A stretch of 64,000 nucleotides of DNA from an uncultured bacterium. GTDB lineage: Bacteria; Oederibacteriota; PGYV01; CAWJRG01. This document shows positions 61,618 to 64,000 of the stretch, one piece after another (within the stretch, counting starts at the first letter, position 1; each line of letters starts with the position of its first letter). The DNA lies in NCBI GenBank assembly GCA_963845185.1, contig CAWJRG010000001.1, positions 270,806 through 334,805 of the forward strand. Reading direction: 5' to 3'. The position numbers and the translations under genes are program-made. The notes under the pieces are model-generated. The model made no database searches, was not told the DNA's origin, and saw nothing but the letters and a program-made list of their open reading frames with translations.

Positions 61618-62468
61618 TATGTTTTCCAGCCTTTAATAAAATAATCAAGAGCAATAAAAGATGCTGCCGCAGTAATAAAAAATGCAAACCAGATAAAATC
61701 CCGCATTTTTGCCATAGACGCATTTAACGATACCGGTTCACCCGTAAAACCGCGTGAGCGCATAGCGTCGTATACATTTTCATTTAATATATATGACCTA
61801 CGCCACAGCATTGCTATATTCCAGGCTGTTATTTTTTGGCCGTGCCCTGTCTTTATGATTCCTCCGGTTCGACTCTTTATAGCAAGAAAAGTGTTCTCGA
61901 CAATTCCAGCGAAAAGGTATATGTAGCGGTAACACATTCCGGCCACCATTACAAAAATATCCGGTATTCCGAACGTCCTAAGCGTCTTAAGCAATTCAAA
62001 ATGTCGGGTTGTAAGGCTGAGTAAGATTATAAGGGATACCGAAACCGTTACACGCGTTATAATTAATACAGCGCCATTTAGCCCCTGTTTGGTTATTGAA
62101 AACACAACACTGCCGATATGTCCCTCCCATATTACTTGTCCCGGCGTAAAAAAACCGAATATTGAAGGGAATACTATTAAAAATGAAAAAAGGGGTATGA
62201 ACAGCAGAGTACGTTTAAAGAAAAAAATAAGACTTACGCCGGATAAAACCGTAAGCGCAAGACATAATACATAAAGTATTAGAAGCAATTGCTCATGTCT
62301 CAGAAAAAGAGCGCAGAACACGAAAACAAAAATAGACAAAACCTTAAATCTGGCATCCAGTCCCTGCAGAAAACCTATTTTGGATGCTATTTCTTCTGAA
62401 AAAACAGACTCTTTTATAATAGATACCGCAGCGAGGATTGTTTTTTCAATAAAACTGTTTCGTTTCAA
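61617..62468 (-). CDS. cbiQ: ECF transporter T component (NikQ/CbiQ)
   Basis: LDARFK, YRYI, AIKSR, AMRSRGF. Confidence 0.9.
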   Translation of the reverse strand: MKRNSFIEKTILAAVSIIKESVFSEEIASKIGFLQGLDARFKVLSIFVFVFCALFLRHEQLLLILYVLCLALTVLSGVSLIFFFKRTLLFIPLFSFLIVFPSIFGFFTPGQVIWEGHIGSVVFSITKQGLNGAVLIITRVTVSVSLIILLSLTTRHFELLKTLRTFGIPDIFVMVAGMCYRYIYLFAGIVENTFLAIKSRTGGIIKTGHGQKITAWNIAMLWRRSYILNENVYDAMRSRGFTGEPVSLNASMAKMRDFIWFAFFITAAASFIALDYFIKGWKT

Positions 62469-62469
62469 T

Positions 62470-62808
62470 TTATTTTTCCTCTTTTTTTACAAGCAGCTTG
62501 CCTATAATAAAAGATATCCCAACAATTACTATTATGCCTAAAATTGCCGAACAAATATAAGCAAAGCTCAAATGCTCCATGTTTTTATTCTCCCAGCCCG
62601 CAAAAGAGTAATCAGGCATTGGAGCTTTCCATAATTCCGATAATTTTTTCAGTTTCTCTGGAACATAGCCTGCAATTTGTTTTATTTCATCAGTGCCCCA
62701 CTCGCCCCACGCAGCCCCGGCCTTAAAAAATAACGGCAGCAGCAATCCGAGCGGTGACAGGATTGCCAACACTGCTAGTCCTATCCACAATTTTATCGTT
62801 GGCTTCAT
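62470..62808 (-). CDS. PDGLE-type accessory subunit (NikN-like)
   Basis: PLGL....AWGEWG, APMPDY, two TMs. Confidence 0.8.
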   Translation of the reverse strand: MKPTIKLWIGLAVLAILSPLGLLLPLFFKAGAAWGEWGTDEIKQIAGYVPEKLKKLSELWKAPMPDYSFAGWENKNMEHLSFAYICSAILGIIVIVGISFIIGKLLVKKEEK

Positions 62809-63490
62809 TTATCTGCACCCCCGTTCTGTAATAGCTCGGGCATTTGTTTTCCGATGTAAACAAGCACCAACGCCGTCACGATTGCTTCCACCCAGCCGAA
62901 AAGTATTATGTGCTCAAGCAACATTGCTGGTACCGCCACGTTCAAACCGTAAGGACAATACAAAGATTGGCCGGATACTGTGTGATGAAAAATAGGTTGT
63001 AAACCGAATTCCACTCCTGCACAAAAAGCCGCAAGGTTTATTCCTAGGTATCCTGCGGCCCCAGCTGATATTATTTGCCGCATTGAGCCAATTTTTGACT
63101 TTCCAGCAAAAAGTTTATACAGATAGTAGCCAGTAAATGGAATGACAAAAGCCATATTAAAACAGTTTGCGCCCAATGCTGTGATTCCACCGTCACCAAA
63201 AAGCAACGCTTGTATCACGAGCGCTACGGTAATAGCTATGCACGCAGCCCATGGGCCAAGCAGTATTGCGATGATAACACCGCCTACAGCATGACCGGTC
63301 GTACCTCCAGGTATAGGGACATTGAACATCATTATAACAAAACTAAACGCCGCTCCTAATGCAAGTAAAGGACCTTTTTTGTCTTGAGCGTTTTCCTAAC
63401 CTTATTTACGGCAATCGTCCAAATAGGTACCATAGCCGCAAAAGCTACGGCACAGGTAGGTGGGCCGAGATAACCATCAGGTATGTGCAT
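62805..63490 (-). pseudogene. cbiM: NikM/CbiM substrate component split by a one-base frameshift (real, recoded or sequencing error)
   Basis: MHIPDGYL start at 63490 behind GGAGG stops at 63356; PLLALGAAFSFVIMMFN.P.PGGTTGH continues in the -1 frame. Confidence 0.85.
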
Positions 63491-63506
63491 ATATTCCTCC
63501 TTTTAA

Positions 63507-64000
63507 TTATATTTTTAACGTCAATCCAGATGTCACATGAACTAATCGAGATTCTTTGCTAAAGTTAATTCCTGTTCCTGCATCTATCGTGATCCATTCT
63601 GCCACTGAAAAACGTGCGCCTATAAACGGCGTAACATTATGATGAATAAACTTTTCTTCCGTTGAGTCAATTATTTCCGCTCCGATCGAGATATTTTCGG
63701 TTATATTGTAATCCCCGGCTATCGAACATGTATATCCTCCCTGCTCACCGGAACACCAGTTGATTCATAGCCAAAATTCAGGTACAGGCTGACAGAACCC
63801 AGCGTTTTTGAGATTATGCCGTTTACCGAGTATTCCGGCTGCCCCGGCTCGGTAAAAACGCTCACCGCAGCGCTGGGTATATTTTCGGCTTCACTTAAAA
63901 CCGTCAGCTTTAAGCCGAATAAAATACCTTCCGCGCCTCCTGCTGGGCTCAAATAGGGGAGTGTCACCTTTATGTCCATCTTTTCCGTATGCCGTGTCCT
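63507..64000 (-). pseudogene. Outer-membrane beta-barrel transporter-like gene, 3' part, with frameshift near 63750
   Basis: ORF ...LYLNFGYESTGVP continues in the -1 frame as GEQGGYTCSIAGDY...GARF...IDAG.G...GLTLKI*, ending 16 nt before the nikM start. Confidence 0.55.

Overview
64-kb chromosomal window from a low-GC diderm bacterium (LPS heptosyltransferase, outer-membrane beta-barrels; lineage not determinable from sequence alone), with almost all genes on the minus strand. Left to right: an accessory stretch (HigBA-like and HEPN/MNT toxin-antitoxin pairs, ParB-domain gene with a structured leader); split transketolase + RuBisCO-like protein operon; Bax-inhibitor/metF/DUF763/amidohydrolase genes; a carbohydrate locus (secreted multimodular glycoside hydrolase, two PorV-like barrels, MsmK-type ATPase, GH94 phosphorylase); complete F1Fo operon; a locus with a large FlgD/Ig protein, a third PorV-like barrel, a PilT-TPR fusion and an M50-like peptidase; pepA; a TPR sigma54 activator with an adjacent sigma54 promoter; pnp-rpsO; glycosyltransferases; a riboflavin operon interrupted by an IS110-family (IS1111-type) element whose ends, guide-like RNA and target can be read from the sequence; an ECF sigma operon; a cAMP module; tRNA-Ser(CGA); and a Ni/Co ECF transporter. 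Strongest observations: (1) an unnamed covarying two-hairpin element abutting the RBS of atpA, atpB and the ParB gene; (2) repeated pairing of PorV-like barrels with FlgD-like C-terminal-domain proteins, one set linked to a PilT-TPR ATPase; (3) the IS1111-type bridge/seek RNA. Three genes carry single-base frameshifts that may be sequencing errors. All calls are by eye from motifs; no database searches were run.
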